From positions 372,933 through 404,932 of the forward strand of contig BA000048.1 in the NCBI GenBank assembly GCA_000270325.1: 32,000 nt of DNA, in the 5' to 3' direction. The translations under genes and the position numbers were made by a program. The notes under the pieces are model-generated. The model saw nothing but the letters and a program-made list of their open reading frames with translations. It searched no databases and was not told where the DNA came from. This document shows, one piece after another, positions 8,661 through 16,426 of the stretch (position 1 is the first letter of the stretch; each line of letters begins with the position of its first letter). The stretch is from Candidatus Caldarchaeum subterraneum (lineage in GTDB: Archaea > Thermoproteota > Nitrososphaeria_A > Caldarchaeales > Caldarchaeaceae).

Positions 8661-9214
8661 ATGTTATTAACGGGTCGCACCGAGCTGGAGACATGAGTGA
8701 CAACCAGTGTCTGAGGGTTGTTTATTCTAAGAGGGAGACCCGCGAGTTCCTCGACAAACCGGTTGACATGGATACAATCAGTAAAATTCTCGAGGCGGGG
8801 AGGCGTGCGGGTAGCGCCAAAAACAGGCAGCCATGGCAATTCATACTCATAAGGGAAAAGGAAAACCTGCGAAAGCTCTCCAATTTTGGACAGTTTGCAC
8901 AGCATCTGCCCAGCGCCGCATTCGCCATAGTCATAACAATCCCCGACAAATATTTTCAGGACAGGTTTGACGCGGGAAGAGCGGCCCAAAACATGATGCT
9001 AGCAGCACATATCCTCGGCCTCGGCTCATGCCCCATAACTCTCCACAGCGAGGAAGCAGCCAAAAACCATCTCAACATACCGGGCGACCAGCGCATAGCC
9101 ATCTGCATAGCCTTCGGACACCCCAAACCATCCAAACCACTCGGCAAAATAATCAGAAAACCACTACACGAAATACTGCATCTAGAAAAATACGGCAACC
9201 AGCCGAAAAGCTAA
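8654..9214 (+). CDS. Nitroreductase-family protein
   Basis: RETREFLDKPVDMDTISKILEAGRRAGSAKNRQPWQFILI is the typical nitroreductase N-terminal pattern. The start could instead be ATG 8693 (MSDNQ...). Confidence 0.85.
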   Translation: MVDVINGSHRAGDMSDNQCLRVVYSKRETREFLDKPVDMDTISKILEAGRRAGSAKNRQPWQFILIREKENLRKLSNFGQFAQHLPSAAFAIVITIPDKYFQDRFDAGRAAQNMMLAAHILGLGSCPITLHSEEAAKNHLNIPGDQRIAICIAFGHPKPSKPLGKIIRKPLHEILHLEKYGNQPKS

Positions 9215-9255
9215 GCTTTTTAGACGACCAACAAAAAATACATTCGACAACAGTT

Positions 9256-9275
9256 GCCGGGGTCCCCAAGCCTGG
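9256..9275 (+). repeat. attL: orphan copy of the first 20 nt of tRNA-Ser(GCU)
   Basis: GCCGGGGTCCCCAAGCCTGG is identical to 16427-16446. The flanking bases differ on both sides. Confidence 0.85.
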
Positions 9276-9301
9276 AAAAAGGACTTTTTTAGGACCTCTA
9301 A

Positions 9302-10324
9302 CTAATTGCTTTTATTTATCTTTGTTGCTATTTTGATTGGGGGTTTTAATCCTGCTAGGAATTTGTGAAGGTCTCTACCGTGTATTTTCATGGCCTGTTT
9401 GTAACTTTTTTCATCGATTTTTCCTGAACTTCTAAGGGTCTCGAGGGCCTCTTTTATGAGACTGAGTCGTGCTCGGTTGTCTGTTTTCTTGTGCATGATA
9501 ATGTTTCTCCGTTTTATTTTCTGTTGATTAACGGCTGCTTCCAACAGTTTTGTCCAGCCCTTAGGCGCCCATCCCCTCCGCTCGAAAAACCTAATGATGT
9601 CAACACAAGTTGCATTACCCCGCTGCTCGAAGGTGTTTAGAAAATGCAGAATCATGAGCGCAGCGGCTTGCTTCATCCGAGCCTTGTCCACTATCTTCTT
9701 CTCGGGATCTTGGAAGGCGGTGAAGTCTAAAGAGAGTGAAAGTTTGGCGGAGAAACTTAGCTCGGTGCCAATTGTTTCTTCTGAGAGTTCTTCCCCCTCA
9801 TTTAACTCATAGTTAACCATATCGAAGAGAGATTGTGTAAAGTATTCCCAGAAAAATTCGTTAACAAACCTTTGAGTCAACCTTTCCACTACATCTCGCC
9901 GCTGATAGACTCTTCCATGCTCTAGGGTGAAAAATCTTCTGTCATAATCTATTCTCTCACCCAACTTCTCTGATATGAACAAACGTGCATGATAAGATGT
10001 AGGTGCGGGAATTTCTTCATAAAATATCAGCTTTAGGGGATTGACGGGATCTATGAGAAGCTTTGGTTCACACTCCTCATCATACACAAGCATCTCGCGG
10101 CGACTGTGGTGCTCACTGTATCCTTTTTCGGTTAGCATATACATGCCACGTTTCCCCGGTTCCTTCTCTACAAGCCCCTCACTCATCAAGCTCTTCAGCG
10201 TCTTAATGACCCCCTGTCTACTAGCCCTAACCGCGCTAACAAGCTCTGTTACCGAGTGGGGGCCATCGAAAAGAGCGTCCAATACATCTTTTCTAAGTGT
10301 GTGTTTTCTTCCCAATGTAAACAA
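9302..10324 (-). CDS. Winged-helix (MarR/ArsR-like) DNA-binding protein with an uncharacterised C-terminal domain of about 260 aa
   Basis: 340 aa. The N-terminus DVLDALFDGPHSVTELVSAVRASRQGVIKTLKSLMSEGLVEKEPGKRGMYMLTEKG fits a wHTH pattern. I cannot assign the remainder. Confidence 0.6.
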   Translation of the reverse strand: MFTLGRKHTLRKDVLDALFDGPHSVTELVSAVRASRQGVIKTLKSLMSEGLVEKEPGKRGMYMLTEKGYSEHHSRREMLVYDEECEPKLLIDPVNPLKLIFYEEIPAPTSYHARLFISEKLGERIDYDRRFFTLEHGRVYQRRDVVERLTQRFVNEFFWEYFTQSLFDMVNYELNEGEELSEETIGTELSFSAKLSLSLDFTAFQDPEKKIVDKARMKQAAALMILHFLNTFEQRGNATCVDIIRFFERRGWAPKGWTKLLEAAVNQQKIKRRNIIMHKKTDNRARLSLIKEALETLRSSGKIDEKSYKQAMKIHGRDLHKFLAGLKPPIKIATKINKSN

Positions 10325-10367
10325 AATGTCAACTTTTCTTATTATTAAATTTTTTAAGCGTTATTGT

Positions 10368-10511
10368 ATGTTGAGTAAGAAAAAACTCCGGAAAGTCTTG
10401 AAGATTGGCACGTCGAAGGCCGTGGTCATTCCAGCCACAATCGAATCAGAGTATGTCTGGGTATCCGAAGACGATGGGCGAATTGTGATCGAGCCTGCGC
10501 GGGTGAAATAA
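10368..10511 (+). CDS. AbrB/SpoVT-type small DNA-binding protein
   Basis: From ATG 10368: MLSKKKLRKVLKIGTSKAVVIPATIESEYVWVSEDDGRIVIEPARVK, a looped-hinge-helix pattern (kiG.S.avviP....dg.ivi.P). The A/T-rich box ATTATTAAATTTTTTA lies upstream. The rest of track ORF 10041..10511 is an antisense shadow of 9302..10324. Confidence 0.65.
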   Translation: MLSKKKLRKVLKIGTSKAVVIPATIESEYVWVSEDDGRIVIEPARVK

Positions 10512-10687
10512 TGAGCGGAAAGAAAAAACCTATGATACGTGAGGCCCTGCTCGGTGAGGGAGAGGCCGTATGCGATTACTGTAGCACCGTTGATAGGTCG
10601 GAGAATTTTCTGGAAATACGCAGCCCATCCAGTGACAGCGTCCGGCATATGTGTCGCGATTGTTTTGGTGCAAAGGGGAAGAGATGA
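10511..10687 (+). CDS. Small zinc-ribbon protein (58 aa)
   Basis: My own translation, below the track size cut-off: MSGKKKPMIREALLGEGEAVCDYCSTVDRSENFLEIRSPSSDSVRHMCRDCFGAKGKR. It has CxxC-x23-CxxC. Its ATG overlaps the AbrB stop codon (TAATG), suggesting translational coupling. Confidence 0.5.
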   Translation: MSGKKKPMIREALLGEGEAVCDYCSTVDRSENFLEIRSPSSDSVRHMCRDCFGAKGKR

Positions 10688-10726
10688 GCTCCAGAGATGT
10701 TTCCTAGGAGAAGAAGGTGAGCACAG

Positions 10727-11583
10727 ATGGGGGAGACGACTAATCTGAGGGCTGATGATTATTTTTCTCGGGGGCTTGTAGTCATCCCGCTTGTTAGAGG
10801 CGATAAGAGACCGATGGTGAGTGAGTGGCAGAAAAAATCCCGTGAAGAGCTTTTTGCAGTATTCAGAGAACATAGCGGCTGCAACATTGGCATTAGACTA
10901 GACAGCCTTACGGTTCTCGACATCGAGCATGCACGGCTGTGGAGACTCTTCTTCGAAACAGAGCCACGTGAACTCGCTTCGAAGACATGGGTTAGCAGAA
11001 CAGGCGGAGGAGGATATCACGTTTATTTCAAAGGCTCCACAACACCATCGAAAGCCGATGGATACGCTGAGCTCCGTTCAGGTGAAAAACAATTCGTTGT
11101 GGCACCCCCTCAACACACCCCTCCGGAGATAGGTATAAGTGGTTGACCGATATAGAGACTGTAGGCATAGCTACACCCAACTCACATGAACTGTTTGAGC
11201 AGGCGAGAAAGGTCATAGAGACTCTCCGGCTCCATAGTCGCTTAATAGAGAGGCTCGTCGACGCATGGAGGCCCGAGCATAGACACAACCTTGCACTATG
11301 GGTATCCGGAGCCCTCCGCAAAACAGGCGTCGGAAAAACAGAAGCCAAGATAATCGTGAAAACAATATGCCTACTCGCCGACGATCAAGAACTGGATGAT
11401 AGGCTGCGCGCCGTGGAAGACACGTATAGGAAATCAATAGAGGAGGTGAAGGCGTGGAGCGGACTTAGGCAGGAACTTGTCACCCTCATAGGCGAAGAGG
11501 CTGCGGAGAAGCTGCTGCATCTTTTTCAAGCTACCAAGGATAAAAGCGGGGAAACGAAGGGAAAAAAGAACTGCACGTCTTGA
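10727..11583 (+). pseudogene. Bifunctional DNA primase-polymerase (prim-pol) with PriCT-like C-terminal domain, interrupted by a 1-nt frameshift in a C5 run (11105-11109)
   Basis: Track ORFs 10727..11146 and 11143..11583 are two halves of one gene. The first half has VVIPLVRGDKRP, LDIEH, SRTGGGGYHVYFKG and FVVAPP. Reading the second frame back to 11110 gives STHPSGDRYKWLTDIE, completing the family motif PPS.HpsG..Y.W. RPEHRHNLALWVSGALRKTG is PriCT-like. Confidence 0.75.
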
Positions 11584-12869
11584 GTCGTGTGAAGCCTCTA
11601 ATGATGGAGGCCATTGCGTTTCAAAACATTGTCGGTGAATATGATGACCGTTTGCTGATTTATGAAAACGGTTCCTTCAGTGTTGTAGAGCAGCTGGAGC
11701 TTAATGGGTTCGTTTTTAAGCCCCGGCCTCGGAAATCATATCCCTACGAACCGTATGCATTTTCTGATGGTCCTGCACCCTATAGGCTTGAGCTCATTGA
11801 AAGAGTTTACCGCGAAGTTGATACCTTTGTTGACGCGGAGCCAGAGGTGAAGGCCGTGTTCACAGCTTTTGTCATTCTCTCTTATGTGCAGGAAAAGTTT
11901 GACTGCATACCCTACCTCTACCTCGTTGGCGATAATGAAAGTGGTAAAAGCCATACCCTAAACCTATTTACATGGCTGTGCTATCGCCCATTCTCAGGAG
12001 TCAGCCACACCGCGGCCGACCTCTACAGCTACCTCGAAGATGATGGTTTGCCGCTCACTATAATCGAGGACGAGTTTCAGGGTTCGGAGGAGGATAATGA
12101 CAAGATGAAGATCTACAAGAGTGGCTACAAGCGGGGTGCGCGAGTAGGACGGGTCGTCACCTATGAGGGAGGGCGGAGAATAGACTACTTTAACACATAT
12201 GGGATGAAAATTATGGCTGGTGAGCGGCTTATCGAGAACAAGGGCCTTTTGCAGAGATGCATCATAGTGGAGCTGGTCGAGGGTTATCCCGTGAAGGACC
12301 ACTATGATGAAAGTGACTATTTTCGGTTCAGGGCCCTCAGAAACGACCTACTCAAATGGCGCATGAAAGTGCTAGCTGGTGACGAGCATCTCGAACAGCC
12401 TGTCACAGAGCTCAAAGGCCGAGCGCGTGAACTCTACACACCACTTCTTGCCGTACTTAAAGGACATGAGTTCTATGAAAAAGTGATTGAATGGATAAAA
12501 AAGCTAGAGCAGCAAAAGATGGCTGAAAAACAATTATCGGTCGAAGGGCTGCTCGCGAAAATTTTGCTCGACTCGGTTCGCAAAGGAGAGAATGAACTAG
12601 CTCTCGACAAGATTTGGCAGGCGCTTCTCCAGTTTGCGGATGTCGTTACCACTCCTAACAAACCCGATACTATGTATATCCCCCACATCGGTAGCGTTAC
12701 TAAGAAACTCCTGGGCCGTCGGCTGCGAGAAGTCTTCGCCGCCTCGAGAAGATATACGAGACTAGAGGGGCGACAGAGTGTCGTGTATTGCTTTGATGCG
12801 TGTAAAGTGACCCGCCTAGCCCGTAAATATGGCCTTGACCCGCAGATTTCGACGCAACTTTCTCTCTAA
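11580..12869 (+). CDS. Primase-associated P-loop NTPase (putative replicative helicase/loader, DUF3631-like by recollection)
   Basis: 429 aa with Walker A GDNESGKS, Walker B LTIIEDEF, and then YKSGYKRGARVGRVV. The track start is TTG 11580, overlapping the prim-pol stop codon; ATG 11601 is an alternative. Confidence 0.6.
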   Translation: MSRVKPLMMEAIAFQNIVGEYDDRLLIYENGSFSVVEQLELNGFVFKPRPRKSYPYEPYAFSDGPAPYRLELIERVYREVDTFVDAEPEVKAVFTAFVILSYVQEKFDCIPYLYLVGDNESGKSHTLNLFTWLCYRPFSGVSHTAADLYSYLEDDGLPLTIIEDEFQGSEEDNDKMKIYKSGYKRGARVGRVVTYEGGRRIDYFNTYGMKIMAGERLIENKGLLQRCIIVELVEGYPVKDHYDESDYFRFRALRNDLLKWRMKVLAGDEHLEQPVTELKGRARELYTPLLAVLKGHEFYEKVIEWIKKLEQQKMAEKQLSVEGLLAKILLDSVRKGENELALDKIWQALLQFADVVTTPNKPDTMYIPHIGSVTKKLLGRRLREVFAASRRYTRLEGRQSVVYCFDACKVTRLARKYGLDPQISTQLSL

Positions 12870-12937
12870 GGGGCGCCTTTGGTCTGAAGGGGGTTGAGGG
12901 TCCACGTATCTACAGCTAGACGCCGACCTCAACGCAG

Positions 12938-13076
12938 CTCATAAGCTCATAAAATCCACAAAAGCTGAACACAGGGGGGAGGTTGAAAAGCCTTTTTTAC
13001 CCAACAACCAGCCGAAAAAGGCTATTTTAGAGATACGGTCTATCGCCTTGTTTTATGGATTTTATGAGCTTATGAG
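12938..13076. repeat. 26-bp imperfect inverted repeat (1 mismatch) flanking an 87-bp spacer; each arm contains a tandem CTCATAA half-site
   Basis: 12938-12963 is CTCATAAGCTCATAAAATCCACAAAA. 13051-13076 is TTTTATGGATTTTATGAGCTTATGAG, its reverse complement apart from one position. It lies in the only long non-coding block of the element. Confidence 0.85.
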
Positions 13077-13197
13077 TCAAGAAATAATTACAGTTTATAC
13101 TTTAGGTTTACAACAAAACATGGATTGAGTTATTCTCACATATTAAGAGGTAGGGGGGAGGGGGGTTAAATACTCGGGTATTACCTCTATAACCTCC

Positions 13198-13209
13198 AAA
13201 AATATAAAG
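13198..13209 (+). promoter_or_regulatory. TATA box of the ABC::GNAT gene (near-leaderless)
   Basis: AAAAATATAAAG, centred about 25 nt upstream of ATG 13229. Confidence 0.5.
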
Positions 13210-13228
13210 TTTTGTTGGATTTGTTTGG

Positions 13229-14692
13229 ATGGGTCGCCAGTTTATCCTCGACAAAATAGAGGTGGTGCTCCATCGTATCCCAACGCATTTTTCGAGGGTT
13301 GGGTTTTTCGCTGGGCTGCGAACTCGTTTGTCTTATGTGTTTACTGGTGTCTCTAAGCGGACGATGCGGGTAGGTAAGGTTGCGGAGTTGATGGGCCTTG
13401 GACTCGAGGATGTCGAGCTGCCCGCGTTCAAGGATTCTGAAATAAATTTTGAGGCAGGCGATGTGGTCTATGTCACGGGTGAGAGCGGCGGCGGGAAAAG
13501 CCTGCTTTTACGCCACCTCGCCAAGCAGATGAGGAATAACCCAGAGTTTGCTCCTGTTGCATGTTCATGGCGGCTTAACATACCGCGTGACAAGCCCTTG
13601 ATAGACTGTGTTGGACGGGATGTGAAAGAGGCTGTGGAGGTTTTGTCTGCGGCTGGTCTGAGCGATGTCTTCACATGGTTCCGCAGGTTTGATGAATTAA
13701 GCGATGGACAGAAGATGCGGTTCATCTTCGCGAAGGCCCTCGACACAGGGGCTAGGACGATTATCATTGACGAGTTCTGTTCAGTGCTTGATAGGGAGAC
13801 CGCAAAGGCCACGGCCTACACGATGCAGAAGCTCGCCCGCAGACGGGGCATAACGCTCATAGTCGCGACAGCGATAGACGACCTCGTGGAAGACCTTAAC
13901 CCTAACCTGCTTATCATCAAGCATTTGGGGCCCCATCTAGAGGTAAAGCGTCTCAACCCGGTTCCACGGCCCTGCAGCCTACTCGAGAAAGTTGTTGTAG
14001 AGGAAGGTTCGACAGAGGACTGGCGGCTGCTAAGCTTTCTCCACTATCGAAGCCATCACACCCCCGCGGCTGTCAAGATTTTCCGCGCCGTTTTGAACGG
14101 CCGTGTCGTCGGCGTGGTGGTGTATGCGAAGCCGTATCTACATGCGACAGGCTATTCACGGTTTTTCCGGCCGGATTGGTATCTCCGTGAGAGGATGAAT
14201 CATGTTCTCCGTATTTCGCGGGTTGTTGTTCATCCGAGCTTCAGGGGAATAGGTGTGGCCCGTAAGCTTTTGATAGAGTCTCTGCCACGGCTAGATGTCC
14301 CGTTTGTGGAGATACTTTCCACGATGGAGAGGCTTATACCGTTTACACGCAGCATCATGACAAGGTGGACGGTTGTCGAGCCAAACAAGGAGAAAAAGGC
14401 CCTGCTCAAAGAGTTCCGTGACAAGTTTGGTGTGGATGTGATGAGACACGGCGTCGACCAAATACTTCGCTACATAAACGAGAAAGGCCTGCTCAACGAA
14501 TTGAGGCGATGGCTCCTCGATAACCTAGAGAAATTCGCAGACGCAGCCGCGTCATCACGAGACACAGCCAACATGCTCAAGACCCTCAAATCATCATGCA
14601 GCAGCAAAGTCTACGCCATATGGATAAACCCCAACAAAAAATTTGAGAAAATAATACGTGAAGCCATAACCGACCAGAGTTTCTTATTATGA
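13229..14692 (+). CDS. Soluble ABC-type ATPase fused to a GNAT-like acetyltransferase domain (uncharacterised family)
   Basis: 487 aa. ABC motifs: Walker A GESGGGKS, signature LSDGQKMR, Walker B TIIIDEF. The C-terminal half has VVGVVVYAKP...LRISRVVVHPSFRGIGVARKLL, which is GNAT motif A (R/Q-x-x-G-x-G/A). There is no adjacent permease gene. Confidence 0.8.
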   Translation: MGRQFILDKIEVVLHRIPTHFSRVGFFAGLRTRLSYVFTGVSKRTMRVGKVAELMGLGLEDVELPAFKDSEINFEAGDVVYVTGESGGGKSLLLRHLAKQMRNNPEFAPVACSWRLNIPRDKPLIDCVGRDVKEAVEVLSAAGLSDVFTWFRRFDELSDGQKMRFIFAKALDTGARTIIIDEFCSVLDRETAKATAYTMQKLARRRGITLIVATAIDDLVEDLNPNLLIIKHLGPHLEVKRLNPVPRPCSLLEKVVVEEGSTEDWRLLSFLHYRSHHTPAAVKIFRAVLNGRVVGVVVYAKPYLHATGYSRFFRPDWYLRERMNHVLRISRVVVHPSFRGIGVARKLLIESLPRLDVPFVEILSTMERLIPFTRSIMTRWTVVEPNKEKKALLKEFRDKFGVDVMRHGVDQILRYINEKGLLNELRRWLLDNLEKFADAAASSRDTANMLKTLKSSCSSKVYAIWINPNKKFEKIIREAITDQSFLL

Positions 14693-14749
14693 AAATGCAG
14701 AAAGGAGAACATGGCACCTTAAGCCCTTGAAATAATGGTGAAATGATCG

Positions 14750-15214
14750 TTACTTTTTCTTTCTCCATAAAAGAGAGGCTACAAGCATTAGTATGCCCGC
14801 AAGGAAGAGAGAGGATGCACCTGGTCCGAATGTAAAGTATGCCTCAACAGGTTTTGCTATCTCACGTAACCTGTTGGTAAGCTGATGAAAGACTATAAAG
14901 GGTATCGCAAGGCTTGTAAGAGAAAGGATGGTCGCCACAATTTTTTTCCATGGTTTGTAGGCAGTAAAGAAAAAGACCGTACATACCAATAGAAGCGCAA
15001 CAGAAAAAGAGCTTTCAATAATTTCATGTGTAAAGATGGTACCAGCAATGGTGTGAAGTAGAAACGTCGGCATAAACAAAGCAAGAAGAGCGAAACCTAT
15101 GCTCACAATGGCAATGATTATACTCCACAACGGAAGTCTTCGCATTAGTCGACTTAAATCCTTTTTTTTGTCTAGACTTAGAATATTACCGGTTACTCTC
15201 GGCTTGAGAGACAT
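14750..15214 (-). CDS. Small integral membrane protein (about 4 TM helices)
   Basis: 154 aa with four long hydrophobic stretches. It starts 21 nt downstream of the integrase gene on the same strand. Confidence 0.6.
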   Translation of the reverse strand: MSLKPRVTGNILSLDKKKDLSRLMRRLPLWSIIIAIVSIGFALLALFMPTFLLHTIAGTIFTHEIIESSFSVALLLVCTVFFFTAYKPWKKIVATILSLTSLAIPFIVFHQLTNRLREIAKPVEAYFTFGPGASSLFLAGILMLVASLLWRKKK

Positions 15215-15235
15215 TAATCGGTGTCCCGCTTGCTT

Positions 15236-16303
15236 CTATTCTAGGTCTAGCAGGCGCATGAAATTGGGGAATTTTTCCTCAAGTTTGGCGAAGATTTTTT
15301 CGTATAATTTGACGGCTTCCTCAAGCGCGTGTAATCTCTCCTCAATGTTGGTGGGGATGGGTTGTTTAAGGGTTAGCAGGTTCTCGGCCTTTCTCCACTC
15401 TTTGACTATGTCGTCATAGGTGAGCCGGAGATAATGTTGTTCGATCCCTATCCGGTGACCTAAGAGGAGGCCGACGACCATTGAATTCACGCCTGCTCGG
15501 ACAAGGTTTGTTTCATATGAGCGGCGTAGACCGTGGATTGTGTATCGCCACCCTATTCCGCTTTTATCTCTCTCGGCCCTGTTTGCTTTGATCAATGCCG
15601 ACCTGAATGCGGCTCTCAGCTTCGTTCTTGCAAGCGGTTTCGATGGATTGCCTCGTGGGTGGAAGATAAAGTCCCCGGGTTGGAGACGCTGAAGATGTTG
15701 TTTCAAGGCCTCTGCTATATCTGTCGGAAGCGGCACCTCTCTCGGTTCATGCGTCTTTTCCGAAATCACGGTCAGCTTCGGCGGATCTATGGTAAAGTCT
15801 ATGTCACGGGCCCTAAGACTAAGGGCCTCACCTATTCTTAGTCCGGTCGCCCAAATCAGCCATATAGCCAGCCGTTTAGTGGAGTTATCCATGTTTTCGA
15901 GAACAGCCTCGACAACATCCCGCGGCACCGCTTCGTTGAAACGGACATTCCGCTTCTTAGGAAGCAGATTTTCCACGCGGCTCCAGTTGATGGGTCTAGC
16001 GTAGAGACTTAGAAAACTCTTGACGGCTTGATAGTGGAGGCGGATACTCTGTGGAGCAAGGCCCTCATCCCGCAAATGTCTGATGAAGAGGACTAGATCC
16101 TTTTCCTCCGCCCTCATCGCCGCATCAACGAGATCGCTGAAGCCACATGTTGTCACGAATCGTCTCATAGCTGCTCGATAATTCTCCGCCGTGGTTCCCG
16201 TCTTCGCAGAGAGGAACCCTTCCCAGACATCCAAAACACCTAAATCTCGAGAAACATCTTCTTCATGCGATGGCCCTGCACCCACCACCACATCGACCCA
16301 CAA
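15236..16303 (-). CDS. int: Tyrosine recombinase / integrase (intact, non-partitioning type)
   Basis: ATGLRIGEALSLR (catalytic Arg), HGLRRSY (H-x-x-R), LLGH and EQHYLR (Tyr). The start is uncertain: the track start is TTG 16303, and in-frame GTG codons follow within 10 codons. Confidence 0.9.
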   Translation of the reverse strand: MWVDVVVGAGPSHEEDVSRDLGVLDVWEGFLSAKTGTTAENYRAAMRRFVTTCGFSDLVDAAMRAEEKDLVLFIRHLRDEGLAPQSIRLHYQAVKSFLSLYARPINWSRVENLLPKKRNVRFNEAVPRDVVEAVLENMDNSTKRLAIWLIWATGLRIGEALSLRARDIDFTIDPPKLTVISEKTHEPREVPLPTDIAEALKQHLQRLQPGDFIFHPRGNPSKPLARTKLRAAFRSALIKANRAERDKSGIGWRYTIHGLRRSYETNLVRAGVNSMVVGLLLGHRIGIEQHYLRLTYDDIVKEWRKAENLLTLKQPIPTNIEERLHALEEAVKLYEKIFAKLEEKFPNFMRLLDLE

Positions 16304-16393
16304 AAAACAACAAAGACTCGAATTTAAACGAGACGATTATGAGACCTTCTCCGGACCTCATAGCGGAAAGCCGTATTACCTTCATACCAAAAA

Positions 16394-16403
16394 GGATAAA
16401 TAG
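16394..16403 (+). promoter_or_regulatory. TATA-like box for tRNA-Ser, located inside the integrated element
   Basis: GGATAAATAG, centred about 28 nt upstream of tRNA position 1 (16427). Confidence 0.45.
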
Positions 16404-16426
16404 AGAAGGTGGGTTAGGGGTCTAAA

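Noticed and set aside
10041-10367. N-terminal two-thirds of track ORF 10041..10511
   Set aside because: This part is antisense to the wHTH gene 9302..10324. Only the last 47 codons, from ATG 10368, have a recognisable (AbrB-like) pattern and a promoter-like A/T box.
10539-10748. 69-aa + strand ORF between the AbrB gene and prim-pol
   Set aside because: It has a non-ATG start and no motifs. It competes with the 58-aa CxxC..CxxC ORF (10511-10687), which is start/stop coupled to the AbrB gene. I prefer the zinc-ribbon frame.
13006-13018. 13-nt identity (AACCAGCCGAAAA) between the element's non-coding block and the nitroreductase 3' end (9197-9209), considered as a possible second att or recombination scar
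   Set aside because: By my rough estimate, exact 13-mers are expected several times by chance in a 32-kb window on two strands. Similarity decays immediately outside the match.
13153-13165. G6-A-G6 tract as a G-quadruplex
   Set aside because: There are only two G-runs with a 1-nt spacer, so a canonical four-run G4 cannot be asserted. I kept it only as part of a duplicated AGGGGGGAGG motif.
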